Source of the DNA: Longivirga aurantiaca
GTDB taxonomy: Bacteria > Actinomycetota > Actinomycetes > S36-B12 > CAIYMF01
Direction: 5' to 3'
NCBI RefSeq assembly: GCF_042660085.1
Contig: NZ_JBHSTI010000008.1
Location: forward strand, 1,020,001 to 1,052,000
Length of the DNA stretch: 32,000 bases
Shown: piece after piece, positions 1 to 9,552 of the stretch
Layout of the letters: each line of letters starts with the position of its first letter
Position numbering within the stretch: the first letter of the stretch is position 1
Translations under genes and position numbers: made by a program
Notes under the pieces: model-generated
The model's database searches: none
What the model saw: the letters and a program-made list of their open reading frames with translations, nothing else
Told to the model about the DNA's origin: nothing

Positions 1-231
1 GTCGAGGGGCCGCACGAGCGCCTGCGGCCCGGCATGAACCATGTGGCGTTCTGGGCCGGCTCCCGTACGGAGGTCGACGCCCTCGTGGTCGAGTCGGGGC
101 ATCACGGGTGGACGCTGCTGTTCGCCGAGCGGCATCCGTACGCCGGCGGTCCCGAGCACTATGCGGCGTACCTCGCAGACCCGGACGGCTACGAGGTCGA
201 GCTGGTCGCCGACCCCCTCGGCATCGCCTGA
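1..231 (+). CDS. VOC/glyoxalase-family protein, C-terminal part (truncated by window start)
   Basis: Frame 1 is open from base 1 to the TGA at 229-231. Translation ...MNHVAFWAGSRTEVDALV...YAAYLADPDGYEVELVADPLGIA has the typical VOC C-terminal DPDGYxVELV motif. Confidence 0.8.
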   Translation, partial: VEGPHERLRPGMNHVAFWAGSRTEVDALVVESGHHGWTLLFAERHPYAGGPEHYAAYLADPDGYEVELVADPLGIA

Positions 232-324
232 GGCACGACCACCCGCCCCCGTCACCCTGATCGATCCGTCGCTTCCCGGCCCCGGAAACGACGGATCGAT
301 CAGTCTGAGCGACAGGGGCGTCGA

Positions 325-2382
325 CTAGTTCGAGAGGGCGGCCTTCTTCACGAAGTTGCCGAAGTACGGCTTGCCCTTCTCGGTGAGGTGCAGGCCGTCC
401 TTGAACCAGCCGTCCTTGTCGGTGGAGTAGGTGCGCCAGTCGGCGAGCACGACGTTGTCGTGCCGCGAGGCGACCGCGGCCATCACCTGGTTGCTCGGCT
501 TCACCCACGCGAACCGCGCCGTCGAGGTGACGAGCACGATGCGGGTGCGGTCGCCGAGCTGGGCGATGGTGGCCTCGAGCCGGTCCTCGGACACCGGGCC
601 CGCCGTGCCCATGTGCATCACGACGATCGGGCGCAGGGTGCCGCGGGCCAGGCTCGCGAGCACGGCGTCCTGCATGTTCGCGGGCGACCGGTTGATCGCG
701 GCATCGAGCTTCACGCCCGGCAGGATCGCGCGGAGCGCGTCGGCCGACCACAGGGTGACGGAGTCGCCGTACCAGCTGATGTCGCCGGTACCGAGGCCCT
801 CGGTCGAGCGCTTCTCGCCCGGGGGGAGGACGACCGGGGGCTTCGAGCTCGCGCTCGGCTTCGGCGTGGGCGTGGTCGACGGCTTGCTCGAGGGCGTGGT
901 CGACGGCTTCGTGGACGGCGACATGCTCGGCGCAGCGGTCGGTGAGGCGTCGTCCGAGATGGCCTCGGTGGAGCCGTACTCGCCGTACGCGGCCGCCACG
1001 GGATCGGTCTTGGGCAGCGTCGCGAACGACGCCACGAGGGCCGCGGCCACGGCGGTCGTCACGAGCAGCGTGCCGATGGTGGCGCCGCGGCGCGGGACCA
1101 CGGCGTCCACCGGTCCGACGGTGCGCGCGCGCTCGCGCATCGATGCCACGGCCTTCCCGATCGCGCCGTGGCGGATGGGCACCTCGACGTACCGGTACGA
1201 CAGCGCGGCGACGCCGAGGGTCAGGGCGACCCGGCCGACGTCGACGAGCGGGCCCTCCCATGGGATGTCCACGCCCGGCCGTGTCACCAGGAGGATCGGC
1301 CAGTGCCAGAGGTAGATGCCGTACGACCGCTCGCCGACCCACCGCATCGGGGCGACGTCGAGCAGGCGCCCGATCGGTGCGCCGGGGTGGGTTGCCGAGG
1401 CGATGACCAGCGCGAAGACCGCTGCGGCGAGGAGGAACCCGCCGCGGTAGAGCCACGGGGTGTACTCCGTGATGGTGACGAACAGCCACGCCGTCATCGC
1501 GAGCCCGACGACGCCGGCGCCGATCATGGCCGTGCGGGCGCCGGCGGGGATGGTGGTGCGGAAATGGGCGGGGCGCCACACCGTGGCCAGCGCCGCCCCG
1601 AGCAGCACCGACATCGCGTGCGTGTCGGTGCCGAAGTAGACGCGGGTCGGGTCGGCGTCGAGGGGCATGCCGCGCGAGATCGACAGCCACGACATCCAGA
1701 GCGTGGAGGCGACCGCGCCGCCGAGCGCAACGATCAGCACGAGGCGCCGCCGCGACAGCCCGCGCCGGTTGGCGAACCAGCAGAGCCCGCCCAGGATCAC
1801 CGGCCACAGCAGGTAGAACTGCTCCTCGACCGCGAGCGACCACAGGTGCGCGAGCACGTTTCCGCGCCCGATCAGCTCGAAGTAGGACTGCTCCTGCCCG
1901 AGCGCCCACCAGTTGCTGATGTAGAGCGCGGCGCCGGGGAGGTCGCGCAGGAACTGCTCGGCCACGTCGTTCGCGACCGTCGACACGAGGATCGCCGTGC
2001 CGACGAGCATGAGCACGAGCGCGGGGAGCAGGCGCCGGGCGCGCCGGAGGTAGAAGCCCGTGAAGTCGATGCGACCGCGGACACCGACCTCGGCGAGCAG
2101 CAGGGTCGTGATGAGGAAGCCGCTGATGACGAAGAACAGGTCGACGCCGAGGAAGCCCCCGGGCAGCCACTCGATGCCCAGGTGGTAGATCACGACCGCG
2201 GTGACCGCGATCGCGCGCAGGCCGTCGAGGCCGCCGATCCGGCTGCCGGCGCCCGGCACGCCGGCGTGCTTGCGCCTGCGAGGGGCGCGCACGGCGTCGC
2301 CCGAGACCCCGCCCGAGGCGAGGCGCGGCTGATCCGCGGAGAACGGCACGGGGGTCCGCGCGGTGGTCGGGGACGACGTCAT
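325..2382 (-). CDS. Acyltransferase family 3 membrane protein with C-terminal SGNH-like domain (OatA-like)
   Basis: 685 aa. N-terminal GLDGLRAIAVTAVVIYHLG...PGGFLGVDLFFVISGFLIT and multiple TM segments, then a Ser/Thr/Pro/Lys linker, then an SGNH-like domain (SWYGDSVTLW ... DGLHLTEKG). Confidence 0.92.
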   Translation of the reverse strand: MTSSPTTARTPVPFSADQPRLASGGVSGDAVRAPRRRKHAGVPGAGSRIGGLDGLRAIAVTAVVIYHLGIEWLPGGFLGVDLFFVISGFLITTLLLAEVGVRGRIDFTGFYLRRARRLLPALVLMLVGTAILVSTVANDVAEQFLRDLPGAALYISNWWALGQEQSYFELIGRGNVLAHLWSLAVEEQFYLLWPVILGGLCWFANRRGLSRRRLVLIVALGGAVASTLWMSWLSISRGMPLDADPTRVYFGTDTHAMSVLLGAALATVWRPAHFRTTIPAGARTAMIGAGVVGLAMTAWLFVTITEYTPWLYRGGFLLAAAVFALVIASATHPGAPIGRLLDVAPMRWVGERSYGIYLWHWPILLVTRPGVDIPWEGPLVDVGRVALTLGVAALSYRYVEVPIRHGAIGKAVASMRERARTVGPVDAVVPRRGATIGTLLVTTAVAAALVASFATLPKTDPVAAAYGEYGSTEAISDDASPTAAPSMSPSTKPSTTPSSKPSTTPTPKPSASSKPPVVLPPGEKRSTEGLGTGDISWYGDSVTLWSADALRAILPGVKLDAAINRSPANMQDAVLASLARGTLRPIVVMHMGTAGPVSEDRLEATIAQLGDRTRIVLVTSTARFAWVKPSNQVMAAVASRHDNVVLADWRTYSTDKDGWFKDGLHLTEKGKPYFGNFVKKAALSN

Positions 2383-2879
2383 GCGCGCACCACCGCGGGG
2401 GTGGGCGCGGAGCAGGTGCCGGGCCGTGGGTCACGGCGCGGCGCCACACGCTGGGGCATGGGAGTCCCTCCGGGGCAAGCGTAGGCCGCAGGGGCCTCGG
2501 TCCCCGCCTCCCGGGGCCGGCCGGGCCTGGGACGTGTCGGCGGCCCGACGGTTCGACCCCGCGCGACCGCATCAGGTTCCCGCCCGAGGGGCTCGGTGCA
2601 GGTGTCGCCCGCCACCCCCCGGGCCGGGCGGAGCCCATCGCCCTGTCTCCGGTGTGGACCGGGCGGTCGGGGCGTAGCCTCGGGTCAGCCGCCCCGGGGG
2701 ACGGCGTACTGCGCGACAGCACGACCCGACTGCTCGACCTGATGCACCACTGACTGCACCACTGACCGCACACCTGACCGCACCACCCGACTCCGCCCTT
2801 CCTGCCGGCGCACGCGCGCCTCGTCCGCCGCCCCTGACCGGGTGCTGCGGGCATCCGTGCAGGTCAGGGCGTTGCGGCG

Positions 2880-4628
2880 GTGTCGGCGTCGGCGTGCTTG
2901 GGAGGACCGATGGACCTCGCCCGAGGTGTCGGCCCGGGGGACACCCCCGCGCTCGGCAGCCCGCTCGTGATCACCCTGCTCGTCGCCGTCCTGGCCCTCG
3001 TGGGCGTGCTCGTCTGGCTGGTGCTCCGGAGCCGTCGGCACGACGCCGAGGCCCTGCGCGACCGCGACGCCGCCGTCGCGGCGGCCGTGGACGCCGAGCT
3101 CGGACGCCGTCAGCGCGACCTCGACGACCGCGCGGAGAAGGTGCGGGCCGACGCCGCGGCCGAGGCCGGCCGCACCCGTGCCCTGGCCGAGCAGGCGCTC
3201 GCCTCGGCCGAGCAGGCGCGCGCCGAGGCCGCGGACGACGTCCGACGGGCCGAGGAGCGGCGCACGCAGGCGGAGTCCGACGTGGCCGCCGCCCGGGCCG
3301 AGCTGACCGCGCTGCGCGAGGAGGCCCAGCGCCGCGAGGAGCGGCTCGCCGAGCGCGAGTCGCGCCTCGACGCCGAGCTGGCCGACCTCGTCGCCCGGCT
3401 CGACGCCGTCACCGCCGCGGAGGCCGCACTGGTCGCCCGCCAGGCGGTCGTGGCGGAGGCGGAGTCCCGGCTCGCCGCCGAGCGCGCCGTCGCGCTCGAG
3501 CGCGTGGCCGAGATGACCGCGGCCGACGCCAAGACCGAGCTCGTCGCCACGATCGAGGCGCAGGCCAAGCGCGAGGCAGCCCTCACCGTCCGCGAGATCG
3601 AGCGCGAGGCGAAGGAGGAGGGGGAGGACCGCGCCCGGCGCATCGTCACCCTCGCCGCCCAGCGCATCGCGACCGAGCAGACGGCGGAGTCGACGGTGTC
3701 GGTGCTGCACCTGCCCGACGACTCGATGAAGGGCCGCATCATCGGCCGCGAGGGCCGCAACATCCGCACCTTCGAGGCCGTGACCGGCGTCAACCTGCTC
3801 ATCGACGACACCCCCGAGGCCGTGCTGCTGTCGAGCTTCGACCCGGTGCGGCGCGAGGTCGCCCGGGTCACGCTCGAGGCGCTCGTCGCCGACGGCCGCA
3901 TCCAGCCCAGCCGGATCGAGGACGAGTACGAGCGGGCCCGGCTCGAGGTCGATGCGCGCTGCATCCGCGCCGCCGAGGACGCCCTCGTCGACCTCTCGAT
4001 CGGCGACATGCACCCGGATCTCATCGCCCTGCTGGGCCGGCTGCGGTTCCGGACGTCGTACGGCCAGAACGTCCTCGGCCACCTCGTCGAGGCCGCGCAC
4101 CTGGCGGGGATCATGGCCGCCGAGCTCGGCCTGCCCGTCGAGCACTCGAAGCGGTGCGCGCTGCTGCACGACATCGGCAAGGCGCTCACGCACGAGGTCG
4201 AGGGCTCGCACGCGCTCATCGGCGCCGAGGTCGCGCGCCGGTACGGCGAGCACGAGGACGTCGTCCACGCGATCGAGGCGCACCACAACGAGGTCGAGGT
4301 GCGCACCCTCGAGGCCGTGCTCACCCAGACCGCGGACGGCATGAGCGGCGGACGTCCCGGAGCCCGGCGCGAGTCGCTCGAGCACTACGTCGAGCGGCTC
4401 GAACGTCTCGAGTCGATCGCGTCGGGATACGCCGGCGTCGAGAAGGTCTTCGCCATGCAGGCCGGTCGCGAGGTGCGCGTGGTCGTCGTCCCCGAGCAGG
4501 TCGACGACATCAGCATGCAGGTGCTCGCCCGCGACATCGCCGCCGAGATCGAGCACGAGCTCACCTATCCCGGCCAGATCCGCGTCACCGTCGTCCGCGA
4601 GTCGAGAGCCACCGGCCTCGCCCGCTGA
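2880..4628 (+). CDS. rny: Ribonuclease Y (start may be the ATG at 2910)
   Basis: N-terminal TM, long charged coiled coil, KH-type GRIIGREGRNIRTFEAVTGVNLLIDDTPEAV, HD motif LLHDIGKALTHEVEGSHALIGAE, and TADGMSGGRPGARRESLEHYVERLERLE. Confidence 0.95.
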   Translation: MSASACLGGPMDLARGVGPGDTPALGSPLVITLLVAVLALVGVLVWLVLRSRRHDAEALRDRDAAVAAAVDAELGRRQRDLDDRAEKVRADAAAEAGRTRALAEQALASAEQARAEAADDVRRAEERRTQAESDVAAARAELTALREEAQRREERLAERESRLDAELADLVARLDAVTAAEAALVARQAVVAEAESRLAAERAVALERVAEMTAADAKTELVATIEAQAKREAALTVREIEREAKEEGEDRARRIVTLAAQRIATEQTAESTVSVLHLPDDSMKGRIIGREGRNIRTFEAVTGVNLLIDDTPEAVLLSSFDPVRREVARVTLEALVADGRIQPSRIEDEYERARLEVDARCIRAAEDALVDLSIGDMHPDLIALLGRLRFRTSYGQNVLGHLVEAAHLAGIMAAELGLPVEHSKRCALLHDIGKALTHEVEGSHALIGAEVARRYGEHEDVVHAIEAHHNEVEVRTLEAVLTQTADGMSGGRPGARRESLEHYVERLERLESIASGYAGVEKVFAMQAGREVRVVVVPEQVDDISMQVLARDIAAEIEHELTYPGQIRVTVVRESRATGLAR

Positions 4629-4648
4629 CGTGTGCGATGACGTGTGCG

Positions 4649-4739
4649 ATGAAGGGTTGGGCCCCCGCCGGGCGACGATGGCGAAGCCTCGCCCGGTAGG
4701 GGACTTCGTTGCTAAGAGGGCAACATCCCCGGCCTTCAT
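4649..4739 (+). ncRNA. Candidate structured RNA or leader element of unknown family, three nested/adjacent stems, upstream of the PAP2 gene
   Basis: ATGAAGG (4649-4655) pairs with CCTTCAT (4733-4739). CCGGGCGA (4668-4675) pairs with TCGCCCGG (4689-4696), enclosing GGCgaaGCC. GGGGA (4699-4703) pairs with TCCCC (4726-4730), enclosing GTTGC/GCAAC (4708-4712/4720-4724). Confidence 0.4.
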
Positions 4740-4833
4740 GGACACGGCGAGGCCCAGCGGGCGTGGCAGCGTGCGCGGGCTCGGCGCCGCGCCGTAGCCT
4801 CGCGCGCATGGCCCGGCGTACGGCGGTGAGCGC

Positions 4834-5547
4834 GTGAGCACCACCGTGCCCCGCCCCGCGGTGTCGAAGCAGGACCTGCCGCTCGTCACGCGCCGCGGCG
4901 GCGCCTGGGGCGCGTTCTGGGCGACGCTCGCGGTCATCGCCCTCGCGGTGCTCGTCGAGCGCGACTGGGCGCCGCTCGTCGACATCGACACCGGGGTGCT
5001 CGAGACGGTGCGGCGCTGGGCCCTGCGCAACGACTGGGCCGTCGAGGTGTCGCTGTGGCTGCAGTCGGCGGGCTCGTTCCGCGTCGCCGCCTGGGTGGGT
5101 GTGGCCGGTGTCCTGCTGCTGCTCGCGCGACGCCGCTACTGGCAGGCGCTGACCCTCGCCCTGCTCGCCTCGCTCGCGCCTCTCGTCGCCAACCTGATCA
5201 AGCCGCTCGTCGCGCGCGAGCGCCCGATCTGGGACGTCTACCTCGCCACCGAGGACTCGTTCTCCTACCCCTCCGGCCACGCCACGTGCGGGATCGCGGT
5301 CTACCTCGCGGTCGGCGTCGCGCTCGGCGCGCTGCTGCGCAACCGCGTCGCCGGGGCGTTCGTCGTGCTCGCGTTCTCGCTGGTCGGGATCGCCATCGGC
5401 CTCTCGCGCATCGTGCTCGGCGTGCACTACCCGAGCGACGTCGTCGGCGGCTGGTGCGTCGCGATCGCGTTCGCCGGGCTGCTCGGCGCGCTCTTCGTGC
5501 TGCCGCCGTACGAGCCGCACCTGAAGGCCGCCCGCCTCCGGCACTGA
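4834..5547 (+). CDS. PAP2-superfamily phosphatase (membrane)
   Basis: Phosphatase motifs KPLVARERP, YPSGHAT and GLSRIVLGVHYPSDVVGG, with several TM segments. GTG start. Confidence 0.9.
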   Translation: MSTTVPRPAVSKQDLPLVTRRGGAWGAFWATLAVIALAVLVERDWAPLVDIDTGVLETVRRWALRNDWAVEVSLWLQSAGSFRVAAWVGVAGVLLLLARRRYWQALTLALLASLAPLVANLIKPLVARERPIWDVYLATEDSFSYPSGHATCGIAVYLAVGVALGALLRNRVAGAFVVLAFSLVGIAIGLSRIVLGVHYPSDVVGGWCVAIAFAGLLGALFVLPPYEPHLKAARLRH

Positions 5548-5617
5548 TCGCCCCGTACGCCGCCGGCGCGACTGCGCCACGCCCGCGGACTAGCGTGGAG
5601 GCGTCAGGAGGTGCGCC

Positions 5618-6571
5618 GTGCGAGCCGCCTCGCGGCCCCGGAACACCCGGACCCTCGCCCGGGCGGCTGTCGCGCTCGCCCTGGTGAGCCTCGTCGCTGC
5701 GTGCACGACGTCGCCGGCGCCCGAGCCCAGCGTCCCCACGTCGACCACCTCCCCGCCGACGAGCCCAGCACCGACCACCTCCGCGCCGACGAGCCCAGCA
5801 CCGACCACCTCGGCGCCCACGACGCCGACGCCGACGACCACCACGCCGACCACGCCGGCCCCGACCAGCAGCAAGCCGTCGACGCCTGCACCGACCACGC
5901 CGTCACCCACGGCGACTGCCGTGCCTGCCTGGCTCGTGGGCGAGGACGTGCGCCGCGTGCCCACCTCCCGCAAGGTCGTGGTCCTCACCTTCGACGGCGG
6001 CGGCAACGCGGCCGGTCTCGCGAGCATCCTCGCCACGCTGGAGGCCGAGAAGGTGCCCGGCACGTTCTTCCTCACCGGGCGCTGGGTGCAGGTGTATCCC
6101 CGTGAGGCGCAGGCGATCGCCGACGCCGGCCATGTGATCGGCAACCACACGATGACCCATCTGCACAGCACGGCGGTCCCCGATTCCGTTCTGCTGAAAG
6201 AGATCCGGGACGCCGCCCTCACGATCCGCGCGGCGACCGGCGTCGACCCACGTCCATGGTTCCGCTTCCCGTACGGCGAACGCACGGAAGCCGACGTCCG
6301 GCTCGTCAACGCGCACGGCTACGTCTGCGTGAGCTGGGGCCTCGACACACTCGGCTGGCTCGGCAGCTCGCGCGGCACGGCCGCGGACGTCACCAGGCGG
6401 GTCGTCGCCGCGCTCCAGCCCGGGCTCATCGTGCTCATGCACGTCGGGGCCAACCCGGACGACGGCACCACGTACGACGCCGACTCGCTCGCGGCCACGA
6501 TCGCGGCGCTGCGGGCGCGCGGCTACACGTTCGCGACGGTGACCGCCCTGCTCGACCGGCCGCAGCGCTGA
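5618..6571 (+). CDS. Polysaccharide deacetylase (NodB homology) lipoprotein
   Basis: Signal peptide with lipobox LVAAC, Pro/Thr/Ser linker, then VVLTFDGGGNAAG ... GHVIGNHTMTHLH ... PRPWFRFPYGERT ... VSWGLDTLGW. Confidence 0.9.
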   Translation: MRAASRPRNTRTLARAAVALALVSLVAACTTSPAPEPSVPTSTTSPPTSPAPTTSAPTSPAPTTSAPTTPTPTTTTPTTPAPTSSKPSTPAPTTPSPTATAVPAWLVGEDVRRVPTSRKVVVLTFDGGGNAAGLASILATLEAEKVPGTFFLTGRWVQVYPREAQAIADAGHVIGNHTMTHLHSTAVPDSVLLKEIRDAALTIRAATGVDPRPWFRFPYGERTEADVRLVNAHGYVCVSWGLDTLGWLGSSRGTAADVTRRVVAALQPGLIVLMHVGANPDDGTTYDADSLAATIAALRARGYTFATVTALLDRPQR

Positions 6572-6577
6572 GCGCGG

Positions 6578-6907
6578 TCAGCCAGCGGCGGCAGACACCG
6601 CGACGCGCGCCCACGGGAGCCAGCGGGCCGACGACTCGACAGGGACGACGACCCAGTCGGGCAGCGCGGCGTTCATGGTGCTCGGCGCCCAGGTGTGCGC
6701 GCCCTCGACGGCGAGCGCCTCGGCGTGCTCGGGAGAGGCGACGGGCAGCCGGAACACCATGCTGTCGCCGGCGAGGCAGGCGACGCCGAGCCCCGAGTGC
6801 TTGAGCGCGCGGTGCCCGAAGGCCATCCCGATGGAGACCCCGTCGCCGCGCAGCTCGGTCGCCAGGCCGTCGAACAGGAGCCGGGCGGCCGCGCTGGGAG
6901 GGGTCAT
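6578..6907 (-). CDS. Conserved hypothetical protein, 109 aa
   Basis: ATG at 6905-6907 on the minus strand; MTPPSAAARLLFDGLATELRGDGVSIGMAFGHRALKHSGLGVACLAGDSMVFRL.... Codon use is plausible and the ORF is convergent and tightly packed with the upstream gene. Confidence 0.65.
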   Translation of the reverse strand: MTPPSAAARLLFDGLATELRGDGVSIGMAFGHRALKHSGLGVACLAGDSMVFRLPVASPEHAEALAVEGAHTWAPSTMNAALPDWVVVPVESSARWLPWARVAVSAAAG

Positions 6908-7127
6908 ACCTGCAACCGTACGGGGGTACCGGCCGCGCAGCGACACGGGCGCTGACGCTGCGTGATCCGCTGGGACGGCGCGAGTCGGCAGGAGTTCGTC
7001 CGATCGGGTGGTCGACGAGCACCGCACGTGCCCGACGCGGAAGACTGGACGCGCGATCGTGCGAGCCATCGGTCCGGCTCGGTCTCGGGGGCCGCGCCTC
7101 CGCGCGACGCGGATGGAGGAGCGCGTC

Positions 7128-8576
7128 ATGGCACGGCCGGTCGTCGTCCTGCTGGATCCGCATCACCCGTACGCCGGGAGGTTCTCGGCCATCGCCGACC
7201 GGCGCTGGGGCCTCGACACCGTCTGCCTCTGGAGCCGCACGACCGCCTGGGACCGCGCCCTGGCCACCGACTATCTCGACCGGTCCGACGCCGTGGTCGC
7301 GCACTACTCGTTGCCTCTCGACTCGATCGAGGCAGCGGCGGTCGCGCTCGGGCGGAGGCACGAGGTCGTCGGCGTCCTGCCGCACTTCGAGGACAGCCTC
7401 GAGGCGGCGGTGACCGTCGCCGAGACGCTGGGTGTCGCCTGGGCCGACCCGACCGATCTGCGTCGCTTCCGCAACAAGTCGGGGCTCAAGGCGCACCTGC
7501 GTGCGGTGCCCGGGGGCCCGCGCATCAATGCGACGGCGGCTGTGCGCACGCGGCAGGAGATCCGGGCAGCGCGCGAGACCGGGCCGTTCGAGCGCTTCGT
7601 GCTCAAGCCCAACGACGGCATGAGCAACAGCCGTATCGGCTTCTTCGACGGCGACGTCACCGACGAGCAGCTCGACACGTACCTCGCGTCGTCGGGCGGG
7701 GGCCTGCTCGCGATGGAGGAGTTCCTCGACGGCGCGGAGTACTGCGTCAACGGCCAGGTCGACGAGCACGGCGTCGTCACCACGCTCAGCGTCTACCGCA
7801 CCCACCACACCGCAGCCAACGGGCGCACGCAGCTCGCCGAGCGGTTCGAGCTGCTGCGTCACGACTCGCCGTTGTTCGACCGGCTCGCGACGTACGCCTC
7901 CGACGTGCTCACCGCCGCACGGCTGCGGCGCAGCCCGTTCCACATGGAGGTGATGGTCGACGACGACGGTCCATGCCTCATCGAGGTCGGCGCGCGCCTC
8001 GGCGGTGTCTCGATGGCGTTCGACGTCGGCGTCGTGCACGGCGGCGCCGTCGACGCGTTCGAGCTGGCCGTCCAGCACTACCTCGGCCGACCGTCCGAGC
8101 GGCCGCTCCAGCCTGACTGGGCCGCGTACGACGCCCGCGCTCTGCGCATCGTCTGCGGGATCAGCGACGAGGACGTGCGCGCGGCGTCCTGGGACGGCAT
8201 CCGGGAGGTCGAGGCGATGCCGGAGTTCGTGCACTGGGTCAGCAGGCCGCGCGCCGGACAGCGGGTCCGGCCCACGCGCGACCTGGCTACGAGCCCGTGG
8301 CAGGTCACCATCGCCGCGGCCTCGACCGAGCAGGCGGACGCCGCGGAGGCGCGCGTGCGCGCGCTCGTCGGGTGGAACCGCGCCACCGTCGACCGGTCGA
8401 AGGTCGGGCTGAAGGCGCATGCCACCGTGGTGCGCGCCGGCCACCGGCTGCGGCTCGTGCCCGGTGCCGTCCGCACGCGACCCGTTCCGCTCCCCACCAC
8501 GGTCCCCGTGGACATGACCGGACGTGCGGCGCGGCTGCCGTCGACGAACGACTCCCGGGGGGCAGGCACATGCTGA
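7128..8576 (+). CDS. ATP-grasp domain protein (carboxylate-amine ligase-like)
   Basis: ggagga RBS 5' of the ATG. MARPVVVLLDPHHPYAGR..., FRNKSGLKAHLR..., FERFVLKPNDGMSNSRI..., MEEFLDGAEYCVNGQV..., and a FHMEVMVDDDGPCLIEVGARLGG metal/ATP-binding segment. Confidence 0.82.
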   Translation: MARPVVVLLDPHHPYAGRFSAIADRRWGLDTVCLWSRTTAWDRALATDYLDRSDAVVAHYSLPLDSIEAAAVALGRRHEVVGVLPHFEDSLEAAVTVAETLGVAWADPTDLRRFRNKSGLKAHLRAVPGGPRINATAAVRTRQEIRAARETGPFERFVLKPNDGMSNSRIGFFDGDVTDEQLDTYLASSGGGLLAMEEFLDGAEYCVNGQVDEHGVVTTLSVYRTHHTAANGRTQLAERFELLRHDSPLFDRLATYASDVLTAARLRRSPFHMEVMVDDDGPCLIEVGARLGGVSMAFDVGVVHGGAVDAFELAVQHYLGRPSERPLQPDWAAYDARALRIVCGISDEDVRAASWDGIREVEAMPEFVHWVSRPRAGQRVRPTRDLATSPWQVTIAAASTEQADAAEARVRALVGWNRATVDRSKVGLKAHATVVRAGHRLRLVPGAVRTRPVPLPTTVPVDMTGRAARLPSTNDSRGAGTC

Positions 8577-9505
8577 AGCGCGTCGTGCGCCGGGTCGGCT
8601 ATGCCGGGCCGGTCCGTCGCACCATCACGAGCTCATCCGGTCTCGGGCGCGTCACCGGCCGCTTCGTGGGCGGCCTCGACGAGGTGTCCGCCGTCGCCGT
8701 GGCGCAGCGTCTGCGCGCGCAGGGGATGCTCACCACTCTGCATGTGCGCCAGGGGAATCCGGTCGACGAGGCCGGTGCTGACGCGCACGTGGAGCTCTAT
8801 CGCCGCCTGGTGGCCCAGCACGTCGAGGCCGGCTTGCGGGAGGGGTCGGAGATCTCGCTCAAGATGGCGCAGTTCGGCCTGCTCGCCCCGGGTGGTCTCG
8901 ACGGCGCGGTCGAGCGGATGCGTGCGACCGTGGCCGACGCCTATGCGGCCGGCATCGGCGTCACGGTCGACATGGAGGGCATCGAGGAGGTCGACGTCAC
9001 CCTCGACGCCGTGTGCCGCCTGCGTGCCGATCAGCCCGACGTGGGCATCGCGATCCAGGCCTACCTGCTCCGCAGCGAGGCCGACTGCCACGCTCTCGCG
9101 TCGACGGGTGCACGGGTGAGGCTCGTGAAGGGCGCGTACGGCGCCGGCCCCGACGTCGCGCACACCACGCGGGCCACGGTCGACTCGGCGTACGAGCGCT
9201 GCCTCGAGATCCTGTTCGCCGGCGGCGCCTACCCGATGGTCGCGAGCCACGACCTGCGCATGGTCGAGGCCGCCCGCGCGATGGCCCGCGAGGCGGGGAA
9301 GGGCCGCGACGCCTACGAGATCCAGATGCTCATGGGGGTGCGCACGCAGGACCAGGTGCGGCTTGCGGCCGCGGGCGAGCGGCTGCGCGTCTACGTGCCG
9401 TACGGCCCCGACTGGTACGGCTGGTTCGTCAACCGCATCGTCGAGAAGCCGAGCAACGTGCGGCTGCTGGCGCACGCGCTGGTGAGCCCCGGTCCGCGGG
9501 TCTGA
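8570..9505 (+). CDS. Proline dehydrogenase family protein
   Basis: [47 protein letters not shown], and the C-terminal [27 protein letters not shown] overlaps the end of the ATP-grasp ORF by 7 nt. Confidence 0.9.
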   Translation: MLKRVVRRVGYAGPVRRTITSSSGLGRVTGRFVGGLDEVSAVAVAQRLRAQGMLTTLHVRQGNPVDEAGADAHVELYRRLVAQHVEAGLREGSEISLKMAQFGLLAPGGLDGAVERMRATVADAYAAGIGVTVDMEGIEEVDVTLDAVCRLRADQPDVGIAIQAYLLRSEADCHALASTGARVRLVKGAYGAGPDVAHTTRATVDSAYERCLEILFAGGAYPMVASHDLRMVEAARAMAREAGKGRDAYEIQMLMGVRTQDQVRLAAAGERLRVYVPYGPDWYGWFVNRIVEKPSNVRLLAHALVSPGPRV

Positions 9506-9552
9506 CCTGCGATTCGGCCGGTGCCGCGGGGTCGCCGTACCCTGTGACCACC

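Noticed and set aside
2685-5030. 781-aa minus-strand ORF opposite rny
   Set aside because: Low-complexity His/Arg/Leu/Gly translation typical of the antisense of a high-GC gene. The plus strand clearly encodes RNase Y and PAP2.
6435-8444. 669-aa minus-strand ORF
   Set aside because: Antisense to the ATP-grasp and part of the deacetylase gene, with no recognisable domain. Its only credible part is in a different frame (6578-6907).
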